This document shows positions 1 through 8,874 of a stretch of 32,000 bases of DNA, piece by piece (position 1 is the first letter of the stretch; the number at the start of each line of letters is the position of its first letter). This DNA is from Candidatus Thorarchaeota archaeon. GTDB taxonomy: Archaea; Asgardarchaeota; Heimdallarchaeia; Hodarchaeales; Hodarchaeaceae. Where the stretch lies: positions 9,772-41,771 of the forward strand of contig JBHLRO010000025.1 in the NCBI GenBank assembly GCA_048882505.1, written 5' to 3'. Under the pieces are notes generated by a model that did not search any database, was not told the origin of the DNA, and saw only the letters and a list, made by a program, of their open reading frames with translations. Both the position numbers and the translations under genes were made by a program.

Positions 1-975
1 CATCCCCTGACGATTCAAGCCCCAGCAATTGGAGAATTATTTGCTGTTGATGGAGCCACTGGCGCATTAACGCTCCTTTGGCCTGTCATGTTTGTTGCCA
101 TTGCGTGTGGTGCAGTTAGTGGTTGGCACAGTTTAGTGGGTTCCAGCGGTACTTCGAGACAGCTAAATCTAGAGACTGATGCACTCCCCGTTGCAGCTGG
201 CAGTATGCTTAGTGAGGGAGTACTTGCTTTGGTAGCCCTGGCGGCGTTCTCCGTTGTACCAGGAGCAAGGTACGGTCCTCTTGCGGTAGGAACATTTGTC
301 AATGGTGCCACCATGATGACTCATCCAATTGTGGGTATGATTGGTCTGAACCAAGCAGTTACGTCAGCTCTACTTGCTGCGCTAGTAATTCTGTTTGCCA
401 TTACAATTATGTATGTGGCGCTAAGATTTTTCCGTCTAGCTCTAGCAGAACTTCTAGAACCTGTTCCAGCCTTAAGTGCGGCAGCGAAGAATGTCTATAT
501 TGGTGCCTTTGTAGGGACAGTACTAATGTTTCTGTTTGCGGAGACAAAAGCATTTGTTTGGATGTGGATTCTCTTCGGAGGAGCCAACCAGCTGATGGCA
601 TCTCTGGCTCTAATCCTAGTTACGCTTTGGTTAGTAAGGGAACGGAAACCCCAATGGTTCGTTTCTGGCATTCCTGCGGTGTTTATGTTCGCAACATGCA
701 TTGCTGCGTTACTACTGACCTCCTACAACTTCTTGCTTTTCGCTCTGGATCCATCGGGGGCCCTCGCTAGTGGTTTAATTGGAGCTATCGGGACAACCCT
801 CGCGGGCAGAGGGATCCATGATCCATTGTCAACACCTATGGTTCAGTTAATGAGCGTAGCCTTCCTTGCAATCGCACTGATTCTAGTGATATTAGCTTGT
901 CTGCTCGCATGGGATGCATACAAAGCCTTTCAGACCGGTAGAGCAGAAGCTCCACCTACGGTAACTCCTGCGTGA
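1..975 (+). CDS. cstA: Carbon starvation protein A (CstA) family peptide/pyruvate transporter, 5'-truncated by the window edge
   Basis: Frame 1 is open from base 1 (HPLTIQAPA...) through the ATG at 88. Contains the CstA motifs 'IACGAVSGWHSLVGSSGTSRQL', 'GSMLSEGVLA' and 'WILFGGANQLMASLAL', with many TM segments. Confidence 0.9.
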   Translation, partial: HPLTIQAPAIGELFAVDGATGALTLLWPVMFVAIACGAVSGWHSLVGSSGTSRQLNLETDALPVAAGSMLSEGVLALVALAAFSVVPGARYGPLAVGTFVNGATMMTHPIVGMIGLNQAVTSALLAALVILFAITIMYVALRFFRLALAELLEPVPALSAAAKNVYIGAFVGTVLMFLFAETKAFVWMWILFGGANQLMASLALILVTLWLVRERKPQWFVSGIPAVFMFATCIAALLLTSYNFLLFALDPSGALASGLIGAIGTTLAGRGIHDPLSTPMVQLMSVAFLAIALILVILACLLAWDAYKAFQTGRAEAPPTVTPA

Positions 976-1041
976 AGTGTCTCGCAAGTTGGTTGAAAAT
1001 CCTACCTGTAGTCTCAGGCCAAGTTTCCTTGAGATATCAGG

Positions 1042-1063
1042 TTTCCTCTCCCCCCTTTTTTTT
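1042..1063 (+). terminator. Pyrimidine/T-tract, probable archaeal terminator of cstA
   Basis: TTTCCTCTCCCCCCTTTTTTTT, with T8 at 1056-1063, about 70-90 nt after the cstA stop. Confidence 0.45.
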
Positions 1064-1198
1064 ACATGCCAGGATTGCATTCTCAACAAAACGCACCTAG
1101 AGGAAAAAGTTCCCTAGAATTAATCTAAGATTGATGACCACATAGGGTAACAACGGTGTTGTTACTTTATAGATAGTTTCAGCCCTCTATTTAGGATA

Positions 1199-1798
1199 AT
1201 GACCTTAATACTAAAGATTTTTAATTCATTTTCTCTGAACCGCTCTTTTGTGATTCAATTGAATGACTCTCAAGAAAGCGAAGCGATGGATTATGTACTC
1301 AGATTAATGAGTCTATCTGCCCGAACTAGCCCAAAAACAGCAGGCATTGATGACATTCTACTCAAGATCGTTGTGGGAGAAGAAAAAGGAAAAGTAGTAG
1401 AGGAAATGCACAGGCTTGGAAAGGAACGAGGTATTCCAAATTTCCATCGAGATGCTCGTAGTATTGATAAAAGTCACGGAATGCTCCTTATAGGTATTGA
1501 AAGGAATGCTGGTACCATTAGTTTGAACTGTGGTGCTTGTGGTTTCGATTGTGATGAACTAGATGATATGAAAAAGGAAGGAGCAGATTATTATGGCCCC
1601 AATTGCGCTTATAAACTCCTAGATCTGGGGATCGCTCTTGGATCGGCAGCAAAGACAGCTAGCATCATGAATGCAGATAGTAGGATCATGTATCGTGCAG
1701 CTACAGCTGCGATGAGGATTGGGATTTTTAATGACGTTTCAGTGGCTTTAGCAATCCCAATTTCAGGTACAGGAAAAAATGTCTTTTTTGATCGTTGA
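1199..1798 (+). CDS. DUF2148-family ferredoxin-domain protein (nitroreductase-like with Cys cluster); true start may be downstream
   Basis: 'LMSLSARTSPK', 'NCGACGFDC...GPNCAYKLLDLGIALGSAAKTA', 'DSRIMYRA' and C-terminal 'GKNVFFDR' match the recalled DUF2148 pattern. The first ~20 aa look non-conserved. Confidence 0.75.
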   Translation: MTLILKIFNSFSLNRSFVIQLNDSQESEAMDYVLRLMSLSARTSPKTAGIDDILLKIVVGEEKGKVVEEMHRLGKERGIPNFHRDARSIDKSHGMLLIGIERNAGTISLNCGACGFDCDELDDMKKEGADYYGPNCAYKLLDLGIALGSAAKTASIMNADSRIMYRAATAAMRIGIFNDVSVALAIPISGTGKNVFFDR

Positions 1799-1819
1799 TT
1801 ATCAGTTGGAGTATTAACT

Positions 1820-2173
1820 TTGGCATTAGAAAACCTTTCTAGAGTTTCGTTTTCCGATATGGAACGAATCGATTTAAGAATCAGGGTAAAAAGTGGGATT
1901 GCCTCCATTTTTGGCAAGATATATTTGCATGAGAAATTTGATGTACGCGTTTTTGGTTTCGAGGAAAAAGTCCTTGAAAAGGATCTCGAGTCCTACCTTG
2001 AAAAGGTTGGTCGTGAAGCTTCAGAGAATGGGATAGATTTCAGATCTTCGGTCACAAAATGGGGATGGCTTTGGACGCTCGAAAAGAAAATGTGGGCAGC
2101 AACTTCGGGTGAGGTTCTCTCCCCTCATAGGTGTCCTGCCTGTGTTCTTATGGAGGGATCCCTTCGTAGTTGA
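1820..2173 (+). CDS. Hypothetical protein (TTG start, C-terminal CPAC)
   Basis: 117-aa ORF 21 nt after the DUF2148 stop on the same strand, with GGAG about 9 nt upstream. No family recognised. Confidence 0.4.
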   Translation: MALENLSRVSFSDMERIDLRIRVKSGIASIFGKIYLHEKFDVRVFGFEEKVLEKDLESYLEKVGREASENGIDFRSSVTKWGWLWTLEKKMWAATSGEVLSPHRCPACVLMEGSLRS

Positions 2174-2313
2174 CATCCCAACTATATAATCATAAACCTT
2201 TTTGATTTAGATTTATAAATTGGAATTTATCCTTTTTAATAAAGCCTTATCACTCAGATGTAACAGGAGTAGCAATAGACATCAAAATTATTTCGGATGG
2301 ATCTCCTATGAAA

Positions 2314-3312
2314 CTATAGTGTGATTACATCCGCAACTTTTCCAACAGCGCTCACCCCAAGAATCTCAGTCTCGAATAGGGGAATTTCCGCTAGAACTAG
2401 ATTCCCGAGGTTTTTGTTGATATAATTCATGTAGGTCTCTTGCTGGTTGTAGGCATTCTTCAAATAATCTGTTGATGTTTCTTTTAAAACAATGTCCTTT
2501 GAAATTACCTTATTCACAATGACGCCACCTACTGGGATATCGAAAGAAGATACCATTCGAATGAATCTTTCTACTACAGCAATTGGCAGTGCTAAGGGAA
2601 GAGTTATAAAAAAGAAAGCTGTTTGGTTGGAATCCTTGAGAAGCATTTTTGCAGCCTCTGTCTTCTGTCTGGTTTTAAGTAGATCTGCCATTAGAGGATC
2701 TTTTTCAATTTCCTTCTTTATTCTATCCTTTCGAAAGCTGAGTTGTAACCGGATAGAAAGGGCCTCCTTTCTGGACTGGATCATCCTCCCAAGCCAGAGA
2801 TCATAGAGCTTAGACAATCCAATAAGTCGAATTGCGTTTGCTACAGCAGCGGTATCGAATACCATTACATCAAACTCGTCCTTTCTTTCGATCATCATGT
2901 TTGTCATTTGGTCAAATTGAGCGCTTTCTTCAAAACTGGGATTTGTAGTAGCAATTTCAACAAAAGATTCGGTTTTGACAGGGATATCAGCATATTTTAG
3001 GAAAAAATCAATTTTACGCTTTAGCTCTTTTTTATAATTTTCCACAGTGTCTGTAATATCAATCTCGCATGCCCAAACGTTGTCTAAGCCTTCCAACTTA
3101 GCTACTTTTCCCCTTGGAAGGCGTTGATCAAATAGACTGCTCAATGAGTGAACTGGATTAAGACTGGATAACAGAACGCGTTTTCCCTTTCTAGCGAAGT
3201 CCAATGCAATTGCAGCGGCACTGATTGTCTTACCAACACCTCCTTTTCCCCCTGTGAAAATGTACTTTAAGCTGGGTTTATTTTCTATGAAGGTTCTATA
3301 GGTTTGTGACAT
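2314..3312 (-). CDS. ArsA/GET3/TRC40-family single-domain ATPase with degenerate switch I/II
   Basis: Deviant Walker A 'GGKGGVGKT'. Switch I reads 'SLNPVHSL' (canonical STDPAH) and switch II reads 'FDTAAVANAIRL' (canonical DTAPTGHTLR). Confidence 0.9.
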   Translation of the reverse strand: MSQTYRTFIENKPSLKYIFTGGKGGVGKTISAAAIALDFARKGKRVLLSSLNPVHSLSSLFDQRLPRGKVAKLEGLDNVWACEIDITDTVENYKKELKRKIDFFLKYADIPVKTESFVEIATTNPSFEESAQFDQMTNMMIERKDEFDVMVFDTAAVANAIRLIGLSKLYDLWLGRMIQSRKEALSIRLQLSFRKDRIKKEIEKDPLMADLLKTRQKTEAAKMLLKDSNQTAFFFITLPLALPIAVVERFIRMVSSFDIPVGGVIVNKVISKDIVLKETSTDYLKNAYNQQETYMNYINKNLGNLVLAEIPLFETEILGVSAVGKVADVITL

Positions 3313-3332
3313 TTGACAGATCTCCTAGTTAA

Positions 3333-4355
3333 TCAATCAGGTCTTTCCCAGAGAAATAGATCCTCTGCGACCTTTGTCAGAAGTTCGATTCCCTTGGGTT
3401 CTCGGTCATACATAGGGATTACTGCCAATACCTTGTCACCAAATCGGTCAAATATCGTGTCGAGATGTCTTTGCTGCATCTTTATCTTGTTCTTTAGGAA
3501 GTCAGAAAGAGATTCATTTTCTAATAATTCCGAAGGATATACCTGGTTGACTAATACCCCTGAAATGTTTATTCCAAATTGCTCAAACATATTGATGGCA
3601 CGTTCTGTATCTAGAATTGCCATCTGCTCGGGAATTAGTACCATGAAGAAACCAGTACGATCTTCATTCTGTAGCATCGAACTGAAGAAGTTGAGTCTAT
3701 CCCGAATTTCAATGAGTTCCCCCATGATGGCATCTTCAGCCAAATCCTGCTTTGTTTTTCTCATAAATTTGGCAGCTACTTCCTCGTATTCCTCTGCCTT
3801 CTCTCTCATACCTGTAATCTTTTGAATCCAGCTGCTTAAAACATCTGCAGTAGATACGAAGCGAACTCCATGTCCAAAGGGAGGCATGTCAAATATGTAG
3901 AGTGTATATTTTCCCTCAGACACCAGAGAAACCATGGCATCATAAGTAGCCGATTCGTGCATCGCAGGTTCGGCTTTTGCGCTCTCTATGTAATCCTCTA
4001 TCTCCTCGGGGATCTCTTCGAGCTTGTATAAGTTAAAGATTTGTTGCCTCACGCTTTGTACATAATTCTCAATCTCCCTATCAGCATCGATTTCAGTCAC
4101 AAAGAGGTTCTCTGCGAGTTTGACCTCACCTTTTCCGAATACATCCTTCTCGAACACATCACTTAATGAGGCCTGAGGGTCTGTTGAGAAAACAAGAGTT
4201 TTTATTATTTTCTCTTTAGAGAAGTGAATGGAGGTGGCTGCACTGAGAGTGGTTTTCCCTAATCCTCCCTTTCCTGCAAATATAAGGGTTTGAATATCTT
4301 TTTTTTGGTCAAAAAATTCCGTATAGGTCGAGTATGTATCCTTCACAATTTTCAC
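3333..4355 (-). CDS. ArsA/GET3/TRC40-family single-domain ATPase
   Basis: 'AGKGGLGKTT', switch I 'STDPQASLSD', switch II 'FDMPPFGHGVR', 'VLVNQV'. The protein contains no Cys. Confidence 0.9.
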   Translation of the reverse strand: MKIVKDTYSTYTEFFDQKKDIQTLIFAGKGGLGKTTLSAATSIHFSKEKIIKTLVFSTDPQASLSDVFEKDVFGKGEVKLAENLFVTEIDADREIENYVQSVRQQIFNLYKLEEIPEEIEDYIESAKAEPAMHESATYDAMVSLVSEGKYTLYIFDMPPFGHGVRFVSTADVLSSWIQKITGMREKAEEYEEVAAKFMRKTKQDLAEDAIMGELIEIRDRLNFFSSMLQNEDRTGFFMVLIPEQMAILDTERAINMFEQFGINISGVLVNQVYPSELLENESLSDFLKNKIKMQQRHLDTIFDRFGDKVLAVIPMYDREPKGIELLTKVAEDLFLWERPD

Positions 4356-4396
4356 CTTTACCTAAGAATATACGTGATGACGTCAAATGGTGAACT

Positions 4397-4705
4397 CTAG
4401 TAGAGAGCGTCAGTGAGATCCCTTTCTTTAAGCATCCTCCTTTTCCAAGTCTTGATCTGGGGCACAACGTAGGGCAAGATACGCAGTGAATAATATGGGG
4501 GCAAGATTGGGATACCCATAAGGTCACCAAGGGTGATCAGCATAAACATGTGTTCAAAGTACATCCTACTCTTTAGAGCCTGCCTGGACATTCCATGCAT
4601 CGCTGCTCCGTAGATAAGACGTTTAATAGAAGCTCTTAGCCCCTTAGCCTCACTCTCATTATCAGATTCATCATTATCGGACCTATTTTCTTCAATTCCA
4701 GACAT
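4397..4705 (-). CDS. Small CstA/ArsA-associated protein (CC-star-like family, lacking terminal Cys-Cys)
   Basis: 'HMFMLITLGDLMGIPILPPYYSLRILPYV...W.RRM' resembles the recalled consensus of small proteins encoded between cstA and arsA. First gene of the arsA-arsA operon. Confidence 0.65.
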   Translation of the reverse strand: MSGIEENRSDNDESDNESEAKGLRASIKRLIYGAAMHGMSRQALKSRMYFEHMFMLITLGDLMGIPILPPYYSLRILPYVVPQIKTWKRRMLKERDLTDALY

Positions 4706-4953
4706 CTTATTACCCCATCAAAATTGGTTGGATATCTCTCATTATATTTAAATTTGGTTAAACAAGGAACATAAGCGTTGAAAAGTACAAAGAAATGTTA
4801 AATTTTTTGATTAATATTAAATGCTGATAGCTTTTCTTTCAATGAATGTGAATATATTGATTGTGAAGAATCCTTTTCAACGGAAATACGAGAAATAGAT
4901 TGACCTCAGATAGTGTGATTTGCCTGAGCGTATAAGAGTCAATTATTAATATT

Positions 4954-6078
4954 CTAATTATCGTTTTTAACAACCTGTCCCAATACCTCGCTTAATCTTA
5001 CCACATTCTCGACTCTTGCGGCATGACCCATTAGTCCAATCCGCCAAATTTTTCCCGCAAGGGGACCCAATCCTCCTCCAATCTCTATCTTTTGATTAAA
5101 CCGAAGATAATTACGGGTCTCAACATCATGAATGTTTTTTGGAATTTTTACCGCGTTCAGCATGGGTAGACGGTTTGGCTTTTCTACTAGAAATTCAAGG
5201 TTCAATTCCTCAAACCTTCTCACCAATTCGTTGTGAGCATCGAGGTGCCTCTTGAATACATTTTCAATGCCTTCATTGAATATGAGCTGTAAAGCTCTGT
5301 AAAATGCATAAAGCATATTCGATGGGGCCGTGTGATGATACACTCGCTTCTTCTCTCCGCTCCAATATTGGCTTATTAAATTTACATCAAAATAAAAGTT
5401 TGGGACTCTTTCTTTCCTATTAAGAACGGCAGAAACCGCTCTTTCGGAAAAAGATATTGGTGCTAATCCAGGTGGACATGAGAGGCATTTTTGAGAGCCA
5501 CTGTACACTGCATCCAACCCCCATTTGTCCACATTAACCTCCATACCGCCTAAACTTGTAACACAATCGACTAAGAACAGGGAATCTGTTTCGTTAACGG
5601 CTTTTGCTAAACCTTCGATCGGATTTTTGACCCCGGTGGATGTTTCTCCGTGAACAGCGGCAATTATTTTGTAATCTCGATTCGAAAGCTCTTCTATTAC
5701 TGTTTCTTCCAGAATTGGGGTTCCCCATTCAAATTCTAGGTAATTCACATTTGCTCTGAGTCTTGATGCTACTTCAATCATTCGCTTTCCAAAAATACCG
5801 TTTGCCAAAATCAGTACCGAATCTTTTGGTTCAATCAAATTAACAAAACAAGTCTCCATTCCAGAAGAGCCTGTACCTGACACAGGAAATGTCACAGTAT
5901 TGCGTGTCATGAACAATTTCCTTAGGAGGATTTGAATTTCATCCATTATTTCAATAAAGTAAGGATCTAGGTATCCTAGGGTTTTACAAGTCATAGCGCG
6001 GTATATTTCAGGTGGAACATGCGAAGGGCCCGGTCCCATTAATAATATGTCTTCTATTCCGTCTAAAAGATCTTTCAC
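4954..6078 (-). CDS. Class V PLP aminotransferase (alanine-glyoxylate/serine-pyruvate family)
   Basis: 'LLMGPGPS', 'VSGTGSSGME', 'VHGETSTGV', 'DCVTSLGG', PLP-Lys motif 'SGSQKCLSCPPG', 'YHHT', 'WRIGLMG'. Confidence 0.92.
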   Translation of the reverse strand: MKDLLDGIEDILLMGPGPSHVPPEIYRAMTCKTLGYLDPYFIEIMDEIQILLRKLFMTRNTVTFPVSGTGSSGMETCFVNLIEPKDSVLILANGIFGKRMIEVASRLRANVNYLEFEWGTPILEETVIEELSNRDYKIIAAVHGETSTGVKNPIEGLAKAVNETDSLFLVDCVTSLGGMEVNVDKWGLDAVYSGSQKCLSCPPGLAPISFSERAVSAVLNRKERVPNFYFDVNLISQYWSGEKKRVYHHTAPSNMLYAFYRALQLIFNEGIENVFKRHLDAHNELVRRFEELNLEFLVEKPNRLPMLNAVKIPKNIHDVETRNYLRFNQKIEIGGGLGPLAGKIWRIGLMGHAARVENVVRLSEVLGQVVKNDN

Positions 6079-6293
6079 ATCTATCCAACTCCAATATTGT
6101 GATCCTTAAGTGGAAGTTTCTATTTGTTGATTCTCGTACACCTAATTCAGATTGCATATATTCTGACAAGAGTGCATGTTCGGTTCAAATGGGTTAAGAC
6201 TTTTTTCAAAACTCAAATGTATCAAAGGACGATTCCTGAAGGTGGACAAAAGTTTTCAATCTTCAAACCCATAATATTAGTCGGGGTTTTAAA

Positions 6294-7082
6294 ATGGATT
6301 TAGAACTCACTGGAAAAGTAGCTTTAGTCGCTGCATCTTCTAAAGGACTAGGACGAGCTGTGGCCCTGGGACTTGCAGCAGAAGGAGCAGACCTAATAAT
6401 TTGCGCAAGAAATGAGGACATATTAAACCAAGTCGCCTCTGAAATTAAAGAACTGGGCCGTCAGGTTCTTGTCGTCCCAACAGATCTTACTGAGTACGCT
6501 CAAGTGAAACAACTTGTGGAAAAAGCTCTTGACCGGTTTGGTAGGATTGATATCCTCATAACCAACTGTGGTGGACCTCCATCGGGCACATTTCTGGATT
6601 TTGATGTTGAAGACTGGCAGAATGCTATAAATCTTAGCTTAATGAGCACGATCTTTCTCTGTAGGGAAATTATTCCTATTATGATTAAACAACAGGCAGG
6701 ATGTATAGTTATGAATACCTCAGTTACAGTAAAACAACCAAATACGAACTTAATTCTATCGAATGTTCCTAGAGCGGGGGTAACGGCTCTAGCCAAGACC
6801 CTCAGTAATGAATTTGGAAAGGATAATATTCGTGTAAACGTTGTATGCCCTGGATATACTCGAACTGAGAGGATTTTAAGTCTCGCAGAAGCGCTATCCA
6901 AGAACCGTGGGGTTCCTACTGACGATATTCTCAAGGAATGGGAACAACGGAACGCTCTAAAGCGTATCGCTGAACCGGAAGAATACGCTAACGTGGTCGT
7001 CTTTCTCGCTTCTAAAAGGGCCAGTCATCTGACTGGGGTTACTCTCCAAATTGACGGAGGCCTTGTTCAAGGATTGCTTTGA
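6294..7082 (+). CDS. Short-chain dehydrogenase/reductase, atypical BKR-like subfamily
   Basis: 'ALVAASSKGLGRAVA', 'DILITNCGGPP', 'LSNVPRAG' in place of YxxxK, 'PGYTRTER', 'TGVTLQIDGG'. Confidence 0.9.
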   Translation: MDLELTGKVALVAASSKGLGRAVALGLAAEGADLIICARNEDILNQVASEIKELGRQVLVVPTDLTEYAQVKQLVEKALDRFGRIDILITNCGGPPSGTFLDFDVEDWQNAINLSLMSTIFLCREIIPIMIKQQAGCIVMNTSVTVKQPNTNLILSNVPRAGVTALAKTLSNEFGKDNIRVNVVCPGYTRTERILSLAEALSKNRGVPTDDILKEWEQRNALKRIAEPEEYANVVVFLASKRASHLTGVTLQIDGGLVQGLL

Positions 7083-7565
7083 GCCCAGAGGAATGTAAAA
7101 TCATCCGGAGACAATGCATCCGATATAATCCGTTCTCCAACATCAGTTATATTAATCCACTTATCCAACTCATTTAGGTCTATCTTGTAAACCTAGTTTA
7201 CATTTGATTTCTTGCTGATAACCAGAAGAAATTAACCAGAATGGGCTATATCAAGCAAGATAAGATCAGAAGTTTCAAGAATTCTTTTTGGCTCATCTAG
7301 GTTCACAGACAACATCATCCCTTAATCAATGAGGTGCTAGAATGAGAATTCTTACGTTTTATGTCTCTCCATTTTAAATTGGGCCAATGAAATCCATTAT
7401 TATTAATTTCCTCTACCAAAAGGAACCCAAACCGTGACACGAAATCCGCTTAAAGGGCGTTAAAATGTATCTTCATTAAGTAAAGCACCTCAAACTTTAA
7501 AAATTAAAGTTATGGCGCTTAACCGTACACAATCAGTAAATTCTTTTCTAAAGGTTGGTTGTTTA

Positions 7566-8759
7566 ATGGTTAGCTTTTCTCTTTCCGAGGAACATAAATT
7601 ATTGCAAGAAAGTGTGAAAGATTTCGTGGAACGTGAGGTCGTTCCAAAGGTATCCGACTACGATAAACAACAAAAATCGTTATACCCAGAAATCCTCCCC
7701 AAAATGGGAGAGCTCGGTCTATTGGGAATCTGTATCCCAGAAGCATATGGAGGAGCAGGAATGGATTATTTAGCCCTTGCCTTGGCCTGTGAAGAGCTGG
7801 AACGGGTCGATACAGCTTTACGAGTCGTAATGTCTGTTCATGTGGCGTTAAACAGCTGTACGCTATACCAATGGGGTACTGAGGACCAAAAGAAAAAATA
7901 TTTGGTTCCGCAGGCCCAAGGTAAGAAATACGGGATTTATGGCCTTACTGAATCATGTTGTGGATCAGATCCAGCATCCATGCAAACTCATGCTGTAAAG
8001 GAAGGAGACGGATATGTTCTTAACGGATCTAAGAGCTGGATTTCATTGGTAGACGTCGCTGACAACTTCCTGATATTTGCACGTATGGGTCAAGAAAAAG
8101 GACACAAAGCCATTGCTGCCTTCATCGTAGAAAGAGATTTCGGTGGAGTAGAAACGAGAAGTTTTAAGGATAAACTGGGCATACGAACTGGTGACACCGG
8201 GGAAATTTTCCTCCAAGATGTCCCCGTCCCAGCTGAAAATCTCCTTGGTGAGGAGAGTGAAGGTTTTAAGATCGCAATGACCGCTCTGGATAATGGGCGT
8301 TTCACTGTGGCTGCAGGTGCCTGTGGAACAATCCGTGCCTGCTTAGAGGCCTCCACAGCTTATTGTCACGAACGAAAAGCATTCGGTCAAGAGATAGGTA
8401 GGTTCCAATTGATTCAGGAACACATCGCTGAGATGCAAGCTGGATACGATCAATCTCAACTTTTGGTGTATAAGGCTGCTTGGTTAAAGAATCAAGGAAT
8501 TCGTAATACTCGTGAAACTGCGATGGCAAAGTGGCAGGCTACCAACTATGCGTGTGACGCGGCTGACCGTGCGATACAGATCCATGGGGCAAATGGTTAT
8601 TCAAGTGACTTTTCTGTCGGGCGTTATTGGCGGAACGCGAGAGCAAATACCATCTTAGAAGGAACCAACGAAGTGCAGAAGTTGATCCAGGGATCTTACG
8701 TACTTGGCTATCGTAGAAAGGCCAAATTACGTCACGAAATGCCTGCATACCAACCATAA
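7566..8759 (+). CDS. Acyl-CoA dehydrogenase (possibly glutaryl-CoA/dicarboxylyl-CoA dehydrogenase of the lower benzoyl-CoA pathway)
   Basis: 'PEAYGGAG', 'GLTE...GSD', 'LNGSKSWIS', 'KLGIR', 'RKAFGQEIGRFQ', 'QIHGANGY', catalytic 'ILEGTNEV'. The start is placed at ATG 7566 (MVSFSLSEEH); the ORF track extends it to 7512. Substrate is an inference. Confidence 0.9.
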   Translation: MVSFSLSEEHKLLQESVKDFVEREVVPKVSDYDKQQKSLYPEILPKMGELGLLGICIPEAYGGAGMDYLALALACEELERVDTALRVVMSVHVALNSCTLYQWGTEDQKKKYLVPQAQGKKYGIYGLTESCCGSDPASMQTHAVKEGDGYVLNGSKSWISLVDVADNFLIFARMGQEKGHKAIAAFIVERDFGGVETRSFKDKLGIRTGDTGEIFLQDVPVPAENLLGEESEGFKIAMTALDNGRFTVAAGACGTIRACLEASTAYCHERKAFGQEIGRFQLIQEHIAEMQAGYDQSQLLVYKAAWLKNQGIRNTRETAMAKWQATNYACDAADRAIQIHGANGYSSDFSVGRYWRNARANTILEGTNEVQKLIQGSYVLGYRRKAKLRHEMPAYQP

Positions 8760-8874
8760 AACGACAGAGGTCTATTTTTCGTCCTCTTAGTCTTTTTCTG
8801 AAATTTGATTTTTTCTTAAATAGCAGTGGTATTCTTATGTACTATCATAATATTTTGCTCCATTGTGGTGAGAC

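Noticed and set aside
1097-1117. Imperfect palindrome CTAGAGGAA-AAAG-TTCCCTAG between the cstA terminator and the DUF2148 promoter
   Set aside because: Short, bulged and single-copy; not distinguishable from chance without comparative data.
2314-4355. Arsenic resistance (arsA) or bona fide Get3 tail-anchor targeting
   Set aside because: No metal-binding Cys triad, no CxxC, and no arsB/acr3/arsC/arsD nearby. The CstA association fits better.
6294-7082. SDR lacking the catalytic YxxxK (has SNxxR) as a novelty
   Set aside because: This is a known atypical BKR-like SDR subfamily, not a new feature.
7067-7318. Minus-strand frame of 84 codons (MMLSVNLDEPKR...WAQSNP*) interrupted by TAA at 7232-7234 and TAG at 7193-7195; considered as a pseudogene or stop-readthrough case
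   Set aside because: No recognisable family. Two different stop codons, both used as normal terminators elsewhere in the window, argue against recoding. Compatible with chance in AT-rich intergenic DNA.
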